64,000 nt of DNA. It comes from Pseudomonadota bacterium. Its GTDB lineage: Archaea; Thermoplasmatota; SW-10-69-26; JACQPN01; JAJPHT01. The translations under genes and the position numbers were made by a program. This document shows positions 8,637 through 17,779 of this stretch, piece after piece. Location: positions 1 to 64,000 of the forward strand of contig JAJPHT010000019.1 in NCBI GenBank assembly GCA_021325135.1, given 5' to 3'. The notes below the pieces were generated by a model. That model searched no databases. It was not told the DNA's origin and saw nothing but the letters and a program-made list of their open reading frames with translations. The first letter of the stretch is position 1. Each line of letters starts with the position of its first letter.

Positions 8637-10187
8637 CTACCCCTGCTTCACGCCAGTCGGGATCCCCCGCTCCGCCACGAGCGCGTGCTCCACGTACACC
8701 CGGATCACGTCGGGCGGGTCGTTGAGGTACGTCTGCCGGAACGTGGCGACGAGGGTGTAGTTGGCGGTGGAGCCCGCGGGGCTGTTGATGCTCACGAGCC
8801 ACGTGGGCGTGTGGTTCGCCGGGACGGGAATGTGGTAGACCTGCACCGCGTCGGGCTGCGCGAGGTAGGGGTGGATGGCGTAGCGGGCGATGTTGCCCGT
8901 GACGGCGATCTCGTCCCCCGCGTGGACGTAGGGCGCCATCCACTGACCGGCGGCGTTCTCGGGGTACTTGTTGGGGTAGGCGAGGACGACGCCACAGACG
9001 AGGAGGAGGGCGACGAAGAGGGTGCCGTACTTCATCACGGTGGCGGAGCTGGGGCGCGCGTCGCGCAGGAGGAGCCATGCCAGCGGGATGATGCCGATGA
9101 GGACGTAGCGGTGGTTGTCCAGCCACCAGAGGGGCGTCTGCTCGTAGACCCAGAAGGTGGAGGCGATGAGCCACGCGAGGACCCACGCCAGGGCGACGGA
9201 GAGGAGAAGGGCGCTGGTCTCCTCCTCGCGCCAGCGGGCGAGGCCGGCCTTGGTCTCGGCGAAGAAGGGGACGACGTAGGGGACCAGGAAGAGGAGGAAG
9301 AGGGGGAGCTTGGCGGCGAGGGCCTTGGCCAGGGCTCCGGGGTTGGCGAGGGCCTTGTCGGTGAGGATGGAGACGTACTCGGAGGTCTCCCAGTGGGGCC
9401 AGCCGAAGAGGGTGACGTTGCGCAGGGCCCAGCCGCCGACGATGGAGCCGAAGATGGCGATGGCGCCCAGGTACCACGGGTCGGTGAAGAGGCGCCACCC
9501 CTTGAACCACAGGCGCCAGGCGAGGCCGCCGAAGCCCGCGACGAAGAAGAAGGAGCCCATGCTTGCGCGGGAGAGGTAGGCCAGGCCCGCGAAGAGGCCC
9601 GCGAGGAGGATGAAGCGCTCGTCCTTCAGCGAGCGCACGATGGCCCACATGGTGAGCACGAAGAGGAGGACGCTGAGGTTCTCCGAGAAGCCGGTCCCGG
9701 TGGCCCAGACGAGGTGCGGCTCCAGGGCGAGGAGGCCCGTGACGAGGAGCGCGGGAAGCTTGCCGTAGAGGTCGCGCGTGGTGAGGTAGATGGCCGCCAG
9801 CGCCGCGAGGGAGAGGGCGAGGTAGACGAGGCGCGCCTGGAGGAGGCCGTAGCCGAAGAGGGTGAAGGCGGCGCCCAGCACCACGGGGAACGCGGGCGGA
9901 AAGTGGTGGCTGAAGACGGGCGTCGGGTCCCGAGTGTAGACGTCGCCCGTGGGCATGAGGAGGGTGTGCGTCTCCATCCAGGCGCGCCCCATGGCGAGGT
10001 ACGCGGCGCCGTCCTGGTGGAGGTCCATGAGGAGGAGGCTGGCGATGCGGAAGAGGACGCCAAGCACGATGGCGGCGATGCCCAGCCGGACGAGCGTCTT
10101 CTCGTGGGCGGGCGAGGGGGCGTCGGATTCTGCCCGCTTGGCGGCGAGCTTGCGGCGCCGCGCCGCCTCCTGCCTGTCGCCCGCCAT
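8637..10187 (-). CDS. Membrane GT-C glycosyltransferase (GT39/ArnT/PMT-like)
   Basis: Multi-TM protein; DGAAYLAMG, HFPPAFP, SENL, GLAYLSR motifs. Confidence 0.8.
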   Translation of the reverse strand: MAGDRQEAARRRKLAAKRAESDAPSPAHEKTLVRLGIAAIVLGVLFRIASLLLMDLHQDGAAYLAMGRAWMETHTLLMPTGDVYTRDPTPVFSHHFPPAFPVVLGAAFTLFGYGLLQARLVYLALSLAALAAIYLTTRDLYGKLPALLVTGLLALEPHLVWATGTGFSENLSVLLFVLTMWAIVRSLKDERFILLAGLFAGLAYLSRASMGSFFFVAGFGGLAWRLWFKGWRLFTDPWYLGAIAIFGSIVGGWALRNVTLFGWPHWETSEYVSILTDKALANPGALAKALAAKLPLFLLFLVPYVVPFFAETKAGLARWREEETSALLLSVALAWVLAWLIASTFWVYEQTPLWWLDNHRYVLIGIIPLAWLLLRDARPSSATVMKYGTLFVALLLVCGVVLAYPNKYPENAAGQWMAPYVHAGDEIAVTGNIARYAIHPYLAQPDAVQVYHIPVPANHTPTWLVSINSPAGSTANYTLVATFRQTYLNDPPDVIRVYVEHALVAERGIPTGVKQG

Positions 10188-10234
10188 CGGGGGCCGCAGG
10201 GCTGCGGCCGCTCATGATGGCTTCGGCGCGGAGG

Positions 10235-10333
10235 TCACGTCAGGTCGCGGTCGCGCGACTCCAGCTTGCGGCGCGCCCAGTATTCCAGCTGGTCGCGCGG
10301 CATGTCCAGTGCGAGGAGGTCCTTCATCGTCAT
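10235..10333 (-). CDS. Candidate 32-aa micro-protein
   Basis: MTMKDLLALDMPRDQLEYWARRKLESRDRDLT; GC3-biased codons; CTTAT box ~30 nt upstream. Confidence 0.35.
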   Translation of the reverse strand: MTMKDLLALDMPRDQLEYWARRKLESRDRDLT

Positions 10334-10390
10334 CCCTGTCCGCTGCGGCTCTGCGGAGAGGGGCGATAAGGGTGCCGGAACGCGCCGGCC

Positions 10391-10585
10391 TCAGGCTCCG
10401 CCCTGGTTGATCTCCTCGAAGTAGCTCTCCAGGGCCAGCTTCACGGTGTCCGAGATGGGGACGCCGCTCACGACCTTCACGGTGTGGAGCTTGATGTGGT
10501 AGTCCAGGGGGATCTTCACCTTGATCTCCTTGTCCTCGGTCATGACGACGGGCTTCCGCCGCTCCTGGTACTCGTCGATCATCAT
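10391..10585 (-). CDS. Small ribbon-helix-helix-like DNA-binding protein
   Basis: KEIKVKIPLDYHIKLHTVKVVSGVPISDTVKLALESYF fits a beta-helix-turn(G)-helix RHH pattern. Confidence 0.6.
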   Translation of the reverse strand: MMIDEYQERRKPVVMTEDKEIKVKIPLDYHIKLHTVKVVSGVPISDTVKLALESYFEEINQGGA

Positions 10586-10773
10586 GGTGTCTCGCCTTGC
10601 CTCGCCCCCTCCCAGGGGCATCGCCGGAGTCCGGCACCGTGACGAAGCGTCGCATGGATTCGGGCTTTGGGAAATGGTCCCGATTGACAAGGGTCAAGCC
10701 GCGGGGCCCGTCCTCGTGAGAACGAGGCCAGGGGCGTCGTTGCGTGGCGCCCATCTTCGGCGGGCCGGAAGGA

Positions 10774-11955
10774 TTATCTCCGGCGCGGGGGCCCGCGCAC
10801 CCCTTTGCCTGCAGGCCCGCGGCGCTCCGGCTCCGGGGGCTTGGGCTCGGGGATGTCCAACCGGTAGGGGGCGAAGGCGGCGCCCGCCACGTCCTCCAGC
10901 TCCACGCGGCGCTCCTTCTCGTCGGGGAGCACGAAGCTCACCACCTTGCCGGGGCGGCCCAGGCGCGCGGCGCGGCCCGCGCGGTGGAGGTACTGCTCGT
11001 CCTCGTCGGGCAGGTCCACGTTGACGACGAGCTGCATCTCGGGCACGTCGAGGCCGCGGCTCGCCAGGTCCGTGGCCACGAGGATGCGCGTCGTGCCTCG
11101 CTGAAACAGGTCGAACACGTGGCGGCGCTGCTCGTGGGACATCTCTCCCTGGAGCGGGTCCGCGGCGAACCCTTCGGCCTTGAGGAGCTTCGCGAACGCG
11201 GCGGCGCGGTCGCGCGTGCGCACGAACACGATGGAGCGCTCGGGGCTCTCCGCCCGCAGCAGCGCGACCAGGGCGCGCTCCTTCTGGTCGGGGAAGACGT
11301 TGAGGCGGAAGTGCGTGAGGCTCGTGGGGATGTGCGTCTCGCCGACGCGCACCTCCTTGGGCTCGCGCAGGTGCTTGCGCGCCAGCGCGCGCACCTCGGG
11401 CGGCAGCGTTGCGCTCACGAACGCCGTCTGCGCGCGGTGCGCCAGCGCCGCGAGCGCCTTCTCGACGTCGGGCGCGAAGCCCATGTCCAGCATGCGGTCC
11501 GCCTCGTCGAGGACGACGAAGGCGACGCGGTCCACGCGCAGCTTCGACTCCTCCAGGAGCGCGAGGAGACGCCCGGGCGTGGCGACGACGCAGCGCACGT
11601 CGCCGCCAAGGGTGCGCTCCTCCTGCTCGGCGTGCACGCCGCCCGTCACGGCCACGGCGCGGAAGGGCGAGCCGGCGCCCAAGGCGCGGATCTCCTCCGC
11701 CACCTGGCGCGCCAGCTCCCGCGTGGGCACGAGCACGACGACGCGCAGGCCGGGCCCTTCGCTCCCGGCCTTCACCGCGGCCACGCCGAACGCGGCGGTC
11801 TTGCCGCTGCCGGTCTGCGCCTCGACGAGCGCGTCGCGGCCCGCGAGGAGCACCGGGATCGCGGCGGCCTGGACGGGCGTCGGCTCCGCGTAGCCCATGG
11901 CGTCGAGGGCCTGGCGGATGGCGGGGGGCAGGCCAAGCGCGTCGAAGCCGGGCAT
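10774..11955 (-). CDS. DEAD-box RNA helicase
   Basis: Q motif PTPVQ, AQTGSGKT, PTRELA, TPGRL, DEADRM, SAT, SRGLD, HRAGRAAR. Confidence 0.95.
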   Translation of the reverse strand: MPGFDALGLPPAIRQALDAMGYAEPTPVQAAAIPVLLAGRDALVEAQTGSGKTAAFGVAAVKAGSEGPGLRVVVLVPTRELARQVAEEIRALGAGSPFRAVAVTGGVHAEQEERTLGGDVRCVVATPGRLLALLEESKLRVDRVAFVVLDEADRMLDMGFAPDVEKALAALAHRAQTAFVSATLPPEVRALARKHLREPKEVRVGETHIPTSLTHFRLNVFPDQKERALVALLRAESPERSIVFVRTRDRAAAFAKLLKAEGFAADPLQGEMSHEQRRHVFDLFQRGTTRILVATDLASRGLDVPEMQLVVNVDLPDEDEQYLHRAGRAARLGRPGKVVSFVLPDEKERRVELEDVAGAAFAPYRLDIPEPKPPEPERRGPAGKGVRGPPRRR

Positions 11956-12081
11956 CGGGCGCGCATGCGCGGGTCCCTGAAAAAGCCTGGGATGCCTCGG
12001 CTCGTCCCCCTCGTCTCGCTGCGGAGGCGCGCAACGACGCGAGCGCCCCCTTTCAAGGCTCCAGGCGCCCCGCCATGGCGC

Positions 12082-13479
12082 GTGGCCTCCTACGCCCCCG
12101 CGCAGTCGGACCTGGGCGAGCGGCGCATGATCCAGGAGGGCCTCTTCTCGCGCACCATGGACAGCCTCACGGGCGGCGTCATCCTCGCGGGGTTCGCCCT
12201 CGCCCTGGGCGCGACCGACGTGCAGATCGGCGTCCTGGGCGCCATCCCGCTCCTCGCGCAGCTGGCGCACCTGCCCGCGCTGGCTCTTCTGCGCCGCTTC
12301 CTGGACCGGCGGCCCCTGGTCGCGTGGGTCGCGGGCGCCGCGCGGCTGCTCCTCCTCGTGCTCGCGGCGCTGCCGTTCCTGGACACCAGGGTGTCGCGCG
12401 TCGACGCGCTGCTGGCCCTCATGGCCGCCTACGCGACGCTGGCGACGCTCTCGGGCGCGGGCTGGCAGGTGTGGATCCGCGAGATGGTGCCGCGCGATCG
12501 GCTGGGCGCGTGGTTCGGCCGCCGCATGGCCATCCTCGCCGCGGTCGGGCTCGTGACCGTGCTCGTCGCAGGAGAATTCGTCTCGCTCTGGCGCGGCGGG
12601 CCCCTCGTCGCCTACGCGCTCCTCTTCGCCCTGGGCGGCGCGTGCGGCCTGGCCAGCGCGCTCGTCCTCGCGCGCACGCCCAGCGTCGTCGTCGCCTCGC
12701 CCCACGCCGAGGGCGTCTCCCTCGCGCTGCGACGCACCTTCTGTGATAGCAATTATCGGCGCGTGCTCGCGTTCCTCGCCGCGTGGGGGTTCGCCGCGAA
12801 CCTCGCGCTGCCCTTCGTGAGCGTCGTGCTGCTGCGCACGCTCCAGTACCCCGTCGCGCTCGCGACGCTCCTCGCCGCGCTCAGCCAGGCGACCAACGTG
12901 CTGGGCCTCCGCCTGTGGGCGCCGCTCACAGACCGCTTCGGCAACAAGCCCGTGATCGCCCTCTGCGCGGGCCTCTTCGTCGCCACGATGCTCGCGTGGG
13001 CGCTGACGCCGAAGCTCCCGGTGGTGGCGACGCTCGTGGCGGCCGTCGCGGTGCACGCGCTCCTGGGCTTCGCCAACGCGGGGCTCGACGTCGCGTCCAC
13101 CGGGCTCGTGATGAAGATGGCGCCCCTGGACGAGGCGCCCGCGTACCTCAGCAGCGCGAGCCTCGTGAAGGCGCTCGCCGCGGGCGTCGCGCCGCTCCTG
13201 GGCGGGCTCCTCGTCGCCGCGCTGGCGGGGCGCCTCGTGCTCTGGTTCGCGCCCCACGACGCGCTCTTCCTGGCCTCCGCGCTCCTGGGCCTCGCGGCGG
13301 TGCACGGCCTGCTGCGCTTCCGCGAGGAGGGCGAGGCGCCGGCCGAGGCGGTGATGCGCGCGATGCGGCGCGACGTGGGCCAGCCCTCCAGCGTCGCGGG
13401 CATGCGCGCGTTCGCCCACGTCGCGAGCTACGTCGTCGAGGTGGGCTACCGCTTCGGCGCGCCCGCTCGGAAGGATTAG
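12082..13479 (+). CDS. MFS transporter
   Basis: About 12 hydrophobic segments; LTDRFGNKP loop motif; GTG start ~25 nt after TTTCAA. Confidence 0.85.
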   Translation: MASYAPAQSDLGERRMIQEGLFSRTMDSLTGGVILAGFALALGATDVQIGVLGAIPLLAQLAHLPALALLRRFLDRRPLVAWVAGAARLLLLVLAALPFLDTRVSRVDALLALMAAYATLATLSGAGWQVWIREMVPRDRLGAWFGRRMAILAAVGLVTVLVAGEFVSLWRGGPLVAYALLFALGGACGLASALVLARTPSVVVASPHAEGVSLALRRTFCDSNYRRVLAFLAAWGFAANLALPFVSVVLLRTLQYPVALATLLAALSQATNVLGLRLWAPLTDRFGNKPVIALCAGLFVATMLAWALTPKLPVVATLVAAVAVHALLGFANAGLDVASTGLVMKMAPLDEAPAYLSSASLVKALAAGVAPLLGGLLVAALAGRLVLWFAPHDALFLASALLGLAAVHGLLRFREEGEAPAEAVMRAMRRDVGQPSSVAGMRAFAHVASYVVEVGYRFGAPARKD

Positions 13480-13504
13480 GCGCCCCGCGCGCGCTGCGGC
13501 GCCC

Positions 13505-13867
13505 ATGACGCGCGTGCTCCTCGCGTGCATCGCCATGTCGGGCAACCAGTACGTGCTCTACGAGCGCGACGGCGCGTGGGCCTTCCCGCAGGGCGAGCTT
13601 CGCGCGGGCGAGGTCGTGCCGGACGCCATGCGCCGCGTCGTCGAGGAGTGGACCGGCACGCGCGCGCCCAAGCTGGAGCTGGTGGACCTCCTCAGCGCGC
13701 CCGACGCCCTGACGCTCGTCTACCGCGCGATGCTCACCGAGGAGCCCCAGGACTCGCCGCGGCGCGTCAACCGCATGGAGCTTCCCGAGAAGGTGGGCCT
13801 CCTGGCGGGGAAGCACGTGGAGGAGGCGCTGAAGACCTCCCTCGCGTACAAGCTCACGAGGGCGTGA
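13505..13867 (+). CDS. NUDIX-fold protein with a degenerate Nudix box
   Basis: WAFPQG-x5-E-x7-RVVEEWTG; the conserved RE is RV. Confidence 0.65.
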   Translation: MTRVLLACIAMSGNQYVLYERDGAWAFPQGELRAGEVVPDAMRRVVEEWTGTRAPKLELVDLLSAPDALTLVYRAMLTEEPQDSPRRVNRMELPEKVGLLAGKHVEEALKTSLAYKLTRA

Positions 13868-13915
13868 GGAGCAGTTCGGCAGCCTCAAGTGGGGCCCCCG
13901 CCACCTCGGGCCCCC

Positions 13916-14323
13916 ATGGACGCGCGTTGCCCCTCGTGCCACGGGCCGCTCGCCGCGGGAGCGCACGGCGATTTGGCCTGCACGGCCCACGGCCACCTCC
14001 TGGGCAGCGCGATGCTGGACGCCACCTTCGGCCTGGGCAGCGCGGCCCACGCGCAGCACCTCGCCACCACCGGCCAGCCCGTCTCGCGCCGCTGCCCCCA
14101 GGACAACGCCGCCCTGGCGAGCGTCTCCAGCGCGGGCGGCGGCGCGCGCGGCGAGGCCTGCTCCCGCTGCGGCGCGCTGTGGATCCCCGCGGAGGTCGTG
14201 GAGCGCCTGATGCGCACGACACCCGTGGACGCCGCCACCCTGGAGGAGGCCCGCTCCGTGCTGGCCCTCGCGGCGGCCCGCGCGGTGCTGACCCCCGCGG
14301 GCAAGGCCCCGGCTCGCCGCTAA
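13916..14323 (+). CDS. Zn-ribbon hypothetical protein
   Basis: CPSC, CTAHG, CPQD, CSRCGALW. Confidence 0.6.
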   Translation: MDARCPSCHGPLAAGAHGDLACTAHGHLLGSAMLDATFGLGSAAHAQHLATTGQPVSRRCPQDNAALASVSSAGGGARGEACSRCGALWIPAEVVERLMRTTPVDAATLEEARSVLALAAARAVLTPAGKAPARR

Positions 14324-14865
14324 CGCTGCCTCAGCGCCACGAGCACCACGAGCGCGGCAGCGATGGCCAGGAGGATGGCCGCGTCGGGCCAGGGCGTCGG
14401 GCGCGACGGTGGCGGCGGCGACGGCGCAACAGAGGGAGCGGCCGACGTCGGCGAGGTGGGCGTGGGCGTCGCCGTGGGGAACGTGAGCGACGGGACCGAC
14501 GGGGTGGAGGGGAGCGCCACCGTGCTGCTGGCCTCGGGCGTGGAGGCCGTGTCCTCCGAGGGGGTCGAGGCCGTGGCGGTGCCGGGCGCGGTGGGCGGCT
14601 CAGGCGTGGACGCGGGCGTCGGCTCCTCGGTGGCGTTGGGCGTCGGGGACGGCGTCGTCGAGACCGGCGTGGTGGAGGTGGGCGTCGGGGTCGTGTCCGT
14701 CGTGGTGGTCGGGGGCGGGGACGTGTCCGCCGGAGGGGTCGAGGAGAGGAGGGGCGGCAGGACCGGCGAGGTCACCGTCGGGACCGTCGGCGAGACGGAG
14801 GGCGGGGCCACCTGGCCCCCGACAGAGGGCAGGGCCAGCACGACCAGGAACGCGACCCCGAGCAT
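14320..14865 (-). CDS. Secreted Pro/Thr/Ser-rich surface protein with C-terminal TM anchor
   Basis: Signal peptide, mucin-like PTS tract, PTPWP + TM + RQR tail. Confidence 0.65.
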   Translation of the reverse strand: MLGVAFLVVLALPSVGGQVAPPSVSPTVPTVTSPVLPPLLSSTPPADTSPPPTTTTDTTPTPTSTTPVSTTPSPTPNATEEPTPASTPEPPTAPGTATASTPSEDTASTPEASSTVALPSTPSVPSLTFPTATPTPTSPTSAAPSVAPSPPPPSRPTPWPDAAILLAIAAALVVLVALRQR

Positions 14866-14998
14866 CCGTCTTCGGAACAAACGGACAAGCCCCGGCCCTT
14901 GCTCTCGCTCCTCGGCTATTTGAGCCAGCGGGAGCCCGCTGATTCAGGCGCTTGAACCTGACTCGAACGAACGGTGAAACGGCGGCTGCGCTGCGAAA

Positions 14999-15047
14999 GA
15001 AGCGTGGGAGGGGGGATTTGAACCCCCGAGCTGAAACAGCACAGGAT
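14999..15047 (-). repeat. 49-bp direct copy of the tRNA-Ser 3' half (att-like)
   Basis: Identical to 15152-15200. Confidence 0.92.
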
Positions 15048-15155
15048 CAGGCCACGGCTGGCGCACCAGCCGGCAATGCGCCCTACGCGCCCCGCTCCGC
15101 GCCGCAGGCGGCGCTCCGGGGGCGATAAGCCACCGAGGCAAGGCTAAGAGGGAAG

Positions 15156-15238
15156 CGTGGGAGGGGGGATTTGAACCCCCGAGCTGAAACAGCACAGGAT
15201 TAGCAATCCTGCGCCTTACCAGGCTAGGCTACCCCCAC
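15156..15238 (-). tRNA. tRNA-Ser(GCT)
   Basis: GTGGGGG/CTCCCAC acceptor stem, G discriminator, anticodon arm CAGGA-TTGCTAA-TCCTG, long variable arm GCTGTTTCAGC, GGTTCAAATCC T-loop; CCA not encoded. Confidence 0.96.
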
Positions 15239-15467
15239 AGAGAAGGAAGCACGCCGCGGAAGCCGCTGGCCCTACTTATGCATTTACCCCCCACGGCCCA
15301 CGCCGAGGAAAGGCCCTTTCTCGTGGTGGACGCCCCCCGCGCCCCCCGCGCTCCCCCATCGCGACCCACCAGAAAGGCCCTCTCCCTCTCGTCAGCGAAC
15401 CCCCAGCAAAGATAGCCCCCTGCCCACGAGCGCCAGCAAGTGCCCCCGTGTCGTGGTGGAGGTTCCA

Positions 15468-15555
15468 AGGGGGCGCAAGCCCCCTGGCGGGGGGTCCGTG
15501 GGGGCGGAGCCCCCCGGCGGGGGGAGTGCAGAGGGGGAGGCCACCCCCTCTGCCA
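15468..15555. repeat. Cluster of REP-like GC hairpins
   Basis: GGGGGC-gcaa-GCCCCC, GGGGGC-gga-GCCCCC, GCAGAGGGGG...CCCCCTCTGC in tandem. Confidence 0.65.
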
Positions 15556-15870
15556 CGAAGTCGGCACGCGCGAAAGCGCGTGCGACGGAGTGTTAGTAAA
15601 AAGTTCTCCCCCGCCCCTCCGCGCGGGCATGACCCTGGCGCGGAGGGAACGGGCGAACGCCGCAGGGTCACCGCAGCGCGAGCAGGTGGGAGAAAAAGGG
15701 GAGGGGGGAGGCTTGAGTCATGAAAACTTTTCTCTTCCCTGCTCGGCCCGCCCCTCTGCCGCGTTCCTATTTCAACGTGTCGCGGATTCCGAGGCGGGCG
15801 AGGGGCGTCTGGGGCGTGGGGCCCCAGGGGCGGCCGCAAACGTCATGGGGGCCCCTTCCGGTGGGCGGGC

Positions 15871-16038
15871 GTGCTTCCCGTGGTCTTGGGCGACCTGCTG
15901 GGCTCGCTCGACATCGACAACATGGACGACACGGGGATGTACGTCTGGGCCGCCGTCCTGACGATCGCGGGCCTGGCCGCGTCGTGGGGCATCGCGATCG
16001 CGTGGCAGCGCTGGCGCGCCGCGCGGAAAGAGGAGTGA
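15871..16038 (+). CDS. Small single-TM membrane protein
   Basis: ...MDDTGMYVWAAVLTIAGLAASWGIAIAWQRWRAARKEE; start GTG 15871 or ATG 15922. Confidence 0.55.
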   Translation: MLPVVLGDLLGSLDIDNMDDTGMYVWAAVLTIAGLAASWGIAIAWQRWRAARKEE

Positions 16039-16039
16039 G

Positions 16040-16213
16040 TCAGCGCAGGTCGCGCACGTCCAGCAGGCCGCGCGTGCGGAGGCGCTGCACGGCCCTCAGG
16101 GGGCGGCCGCAGCCGAGGCAGCGGGGCAGGTCGGCGACGACGCTGCGCGGGACGCGCTCCAGGCGGAAGCCGCACGAGCACTGGAACGACACCCAGTCCT
16201 GGCGCGCGTCCAT
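16040..16213 (-). CDS. Small Zn-finger protein (57 aa)
   Basis: MDARQDWVSFQCSCGFRLERVPR...PRCLGCGRPL; converges on the neighbouring stop codon. Confidence 0.6.
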   Translation of the reverse strand: MDARQDWVSFQCSCGFRLERVPRSVVADLPRCLGCGRPLRAVQRLRTRGLLDVRDLR

Positions 16214-16270
16214 AGTGGTTCCCCGTCTCGCAAGGCCCTATGCGGGTTTGTCGTTTGCCGTTGGACCATG

Positions 16271-16885
16271 TTAGATGCGCAACAAGGCCCGCAGCGGCGC
16301 GGCGTCCATGTCGACCCAGTTCACGGGCGCGGCCAGCAGCTCGTAGCGGCCGGCGTTGACGTCGTCAAGGCGCAGGTTCTCGACGTTGACGATGCCCGCG
16401 GCGGCCAGCGCGTGGTGGATGGCGAGGTCCTTGGAGTCCCACGGGTCGACGCTGGCCTGGTCGACGCCCACGAGGCGCACGCCCGCGCGGCGCAGGAGCG
16501 CGATGGCGTCGGGCGTCAGCACGGGGAAGCGCTTCTCGAAGGCCGTGGGGTCGCTGTGGGCGCGCGTCTTCACGAGCACGCGCGGCGCGGCGGCGAGGTC
16601 GAGCCCCGCGAAGAGGGATGCGCCCAGCGAGGAGCGGCCCACGGCATCCACCACGAGGGCCGGGCCCACGAAGGCATCCAGCGCGAGCCCGCCAACGCGG
16701 GCGCCGCGGGCGTCGAAGTGGTAGGGCGCGTCGACGTGCGTCCCCACGTGGGCGCTCGCGCGGGTCCAGCCCACGTTCACGCTGGCCCCCTGCGCGAGGA
16801 TCGCGGTCCAGCCGCAGGAGAAGGGCTCGTCGCCCGGCCAGGCGGCCGTGGCCGGCGTCACGGGCTGGGAGATGTCCAGGAGCAT
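16271..16885 (-). CDS. Cyclase family / kynurenine formamidase (KynB-like)
   Basis: WPGD, HVGTHVDAPYH, GVDQASVD, VENL, DAAPLRA. Confidence 0.9.
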   Translation of the reverse strand: MLLDISQPVTPATAAWPGDEPFSCGWTAILAQGASVNVGWTRASAHVGTHVDAPYHFDARGARVGGLALDAFVGPALVVDAVGRSSLGASLFAGLDLAAAPRVLVKTRAHSDPTAFEKRFPVLTPDAIALLRRAGVRLVGVDQASVDPWDSKDLAIHHALAAAGIVNVENLRLDDVNAGRYELLAAPVNWVDMDAAPLRALLRI

Positions 16886-16960
16886 GCTTCCGACCCCGGG
16901 AGTATCCCGCCGGCCACCGTCAGCTTTTTGAAGAAGACTCCCTACTTGGGTTCGACGAGC

Positions 16961-17308
16961 ATGACGACCACCGTCACCGAGAACCCCGTCTTCACCCTCA
17001 CGCCCAAGGCGGCCGAGATGGTCAAGACCATCATGAAGAACGAGGGCAAGGAGAGCGCGGGCCTGCGCGTCTCCGTCATGCCCGGCGGCTGCTCCGGCTA
17101 CACCTACGGCCTGGACTTCGCCGACGCCAGCGAGGCGGAGGACATCGTCGTCGAGCAGCACGGCGTGAAGGTCTTCATCAACGAAGACATCGAGCCCCTC
17201 ATCTCCGGCGCGAAGCTGGACTTCGTGGAGTCGCTGCAGGGCGCGGGCTTCGTGCTCGACAACCCCAACGCGACCAGCCACTGCGGCTGCGGCAAGTCCT
17301 TCATGTGA
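16961..17308 (+). CDS. A-type Fe-S carrier (HesB/IscA/ErpA family)
   Basis: GGCSGYTY, NPNATSHCGCGKSF. Confidence 0.95.
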   Translation: MTTTVTENPVFTLTPKAAEMVKTIMKNEGKESAGLRVSVMPGGCSGYTYGLDFADASEAEDIVVEQHGVKVFINEDIEPLISGAKLDFVESLQGAGFVLDNPNATSHCGCGKSFM

Positions 17309-17359
17309 GGCTCGGGTTCAAATAGGTGGACCCGGGACCCCATCTTGTCTCGGATAGGC

Positions 17360-17779
17360 TCATTGCTGCGCGCCCGCAGCGTTTTCTGACCCTTCTTGGC
17401 CCAGCGCGGGCTCCGCGTCGGCGCCCTCCTCGCCCGCGAGCTTCGCGGCGATGGCGGCCTTGAGGTCCTCGGCGCCCAGCCCCTGCGTCTGGAGGCCCAG
17501 CGCCTCGGCGCGCTTCACCAGGTCCTCTCGCGGCGGGTCGCCCATGGCGCGGATGTAGTCCTCGCGCTTGCGCTCGAACTCCTGCTGCTTCGCGAGGGCG
17601 CGCTCGTCCTCGTCCTGGAAGGCGTCCACGACCTGGCTCTTCGCGGCGTCCAGCTGCGCCTTGGCCTGCCCCACGCGGCGCGCAAGCTCGGGGAGCCTGT
17701 CGGCGCCGAAGAGCACCACGAGGAGCACCAGGATCAGCGCGACCTCGGAGGGCCCCAGGTTCAGCAGGGCGGGCCACAT
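17360..17779 (-). CDS. tatA: Twin-arginine translocase TatA/TatE subunit
   Basis: LGPSEVALILVLLVVLFGADRLPELARRVGQA. Confidence 0.85.
   Translation of the reverse strand: MWPALLNLGPSEVALILVLLVVLFGADRLPELARRVGQAKAQLDAAKSQVVDAFQDEDERALAKQQEFERKREDYIRAMGDPPREDLVKRAEALGLQTQGLGAEDLKAAIAAKLAGEEGADAEPALGQEGSENAAGAQQ

Noticed and set aside
14999-15047. Second tRNA gene
   Set aside because: Lacks the 5' acceptor strand, D-arm and anticodon; it is only a 3' fragment
15440-15760. Replication origin (G-strings, short A/T runs)
   Set aside because: No ORB consensus repeats and no cdc6/orc1 gene nearby
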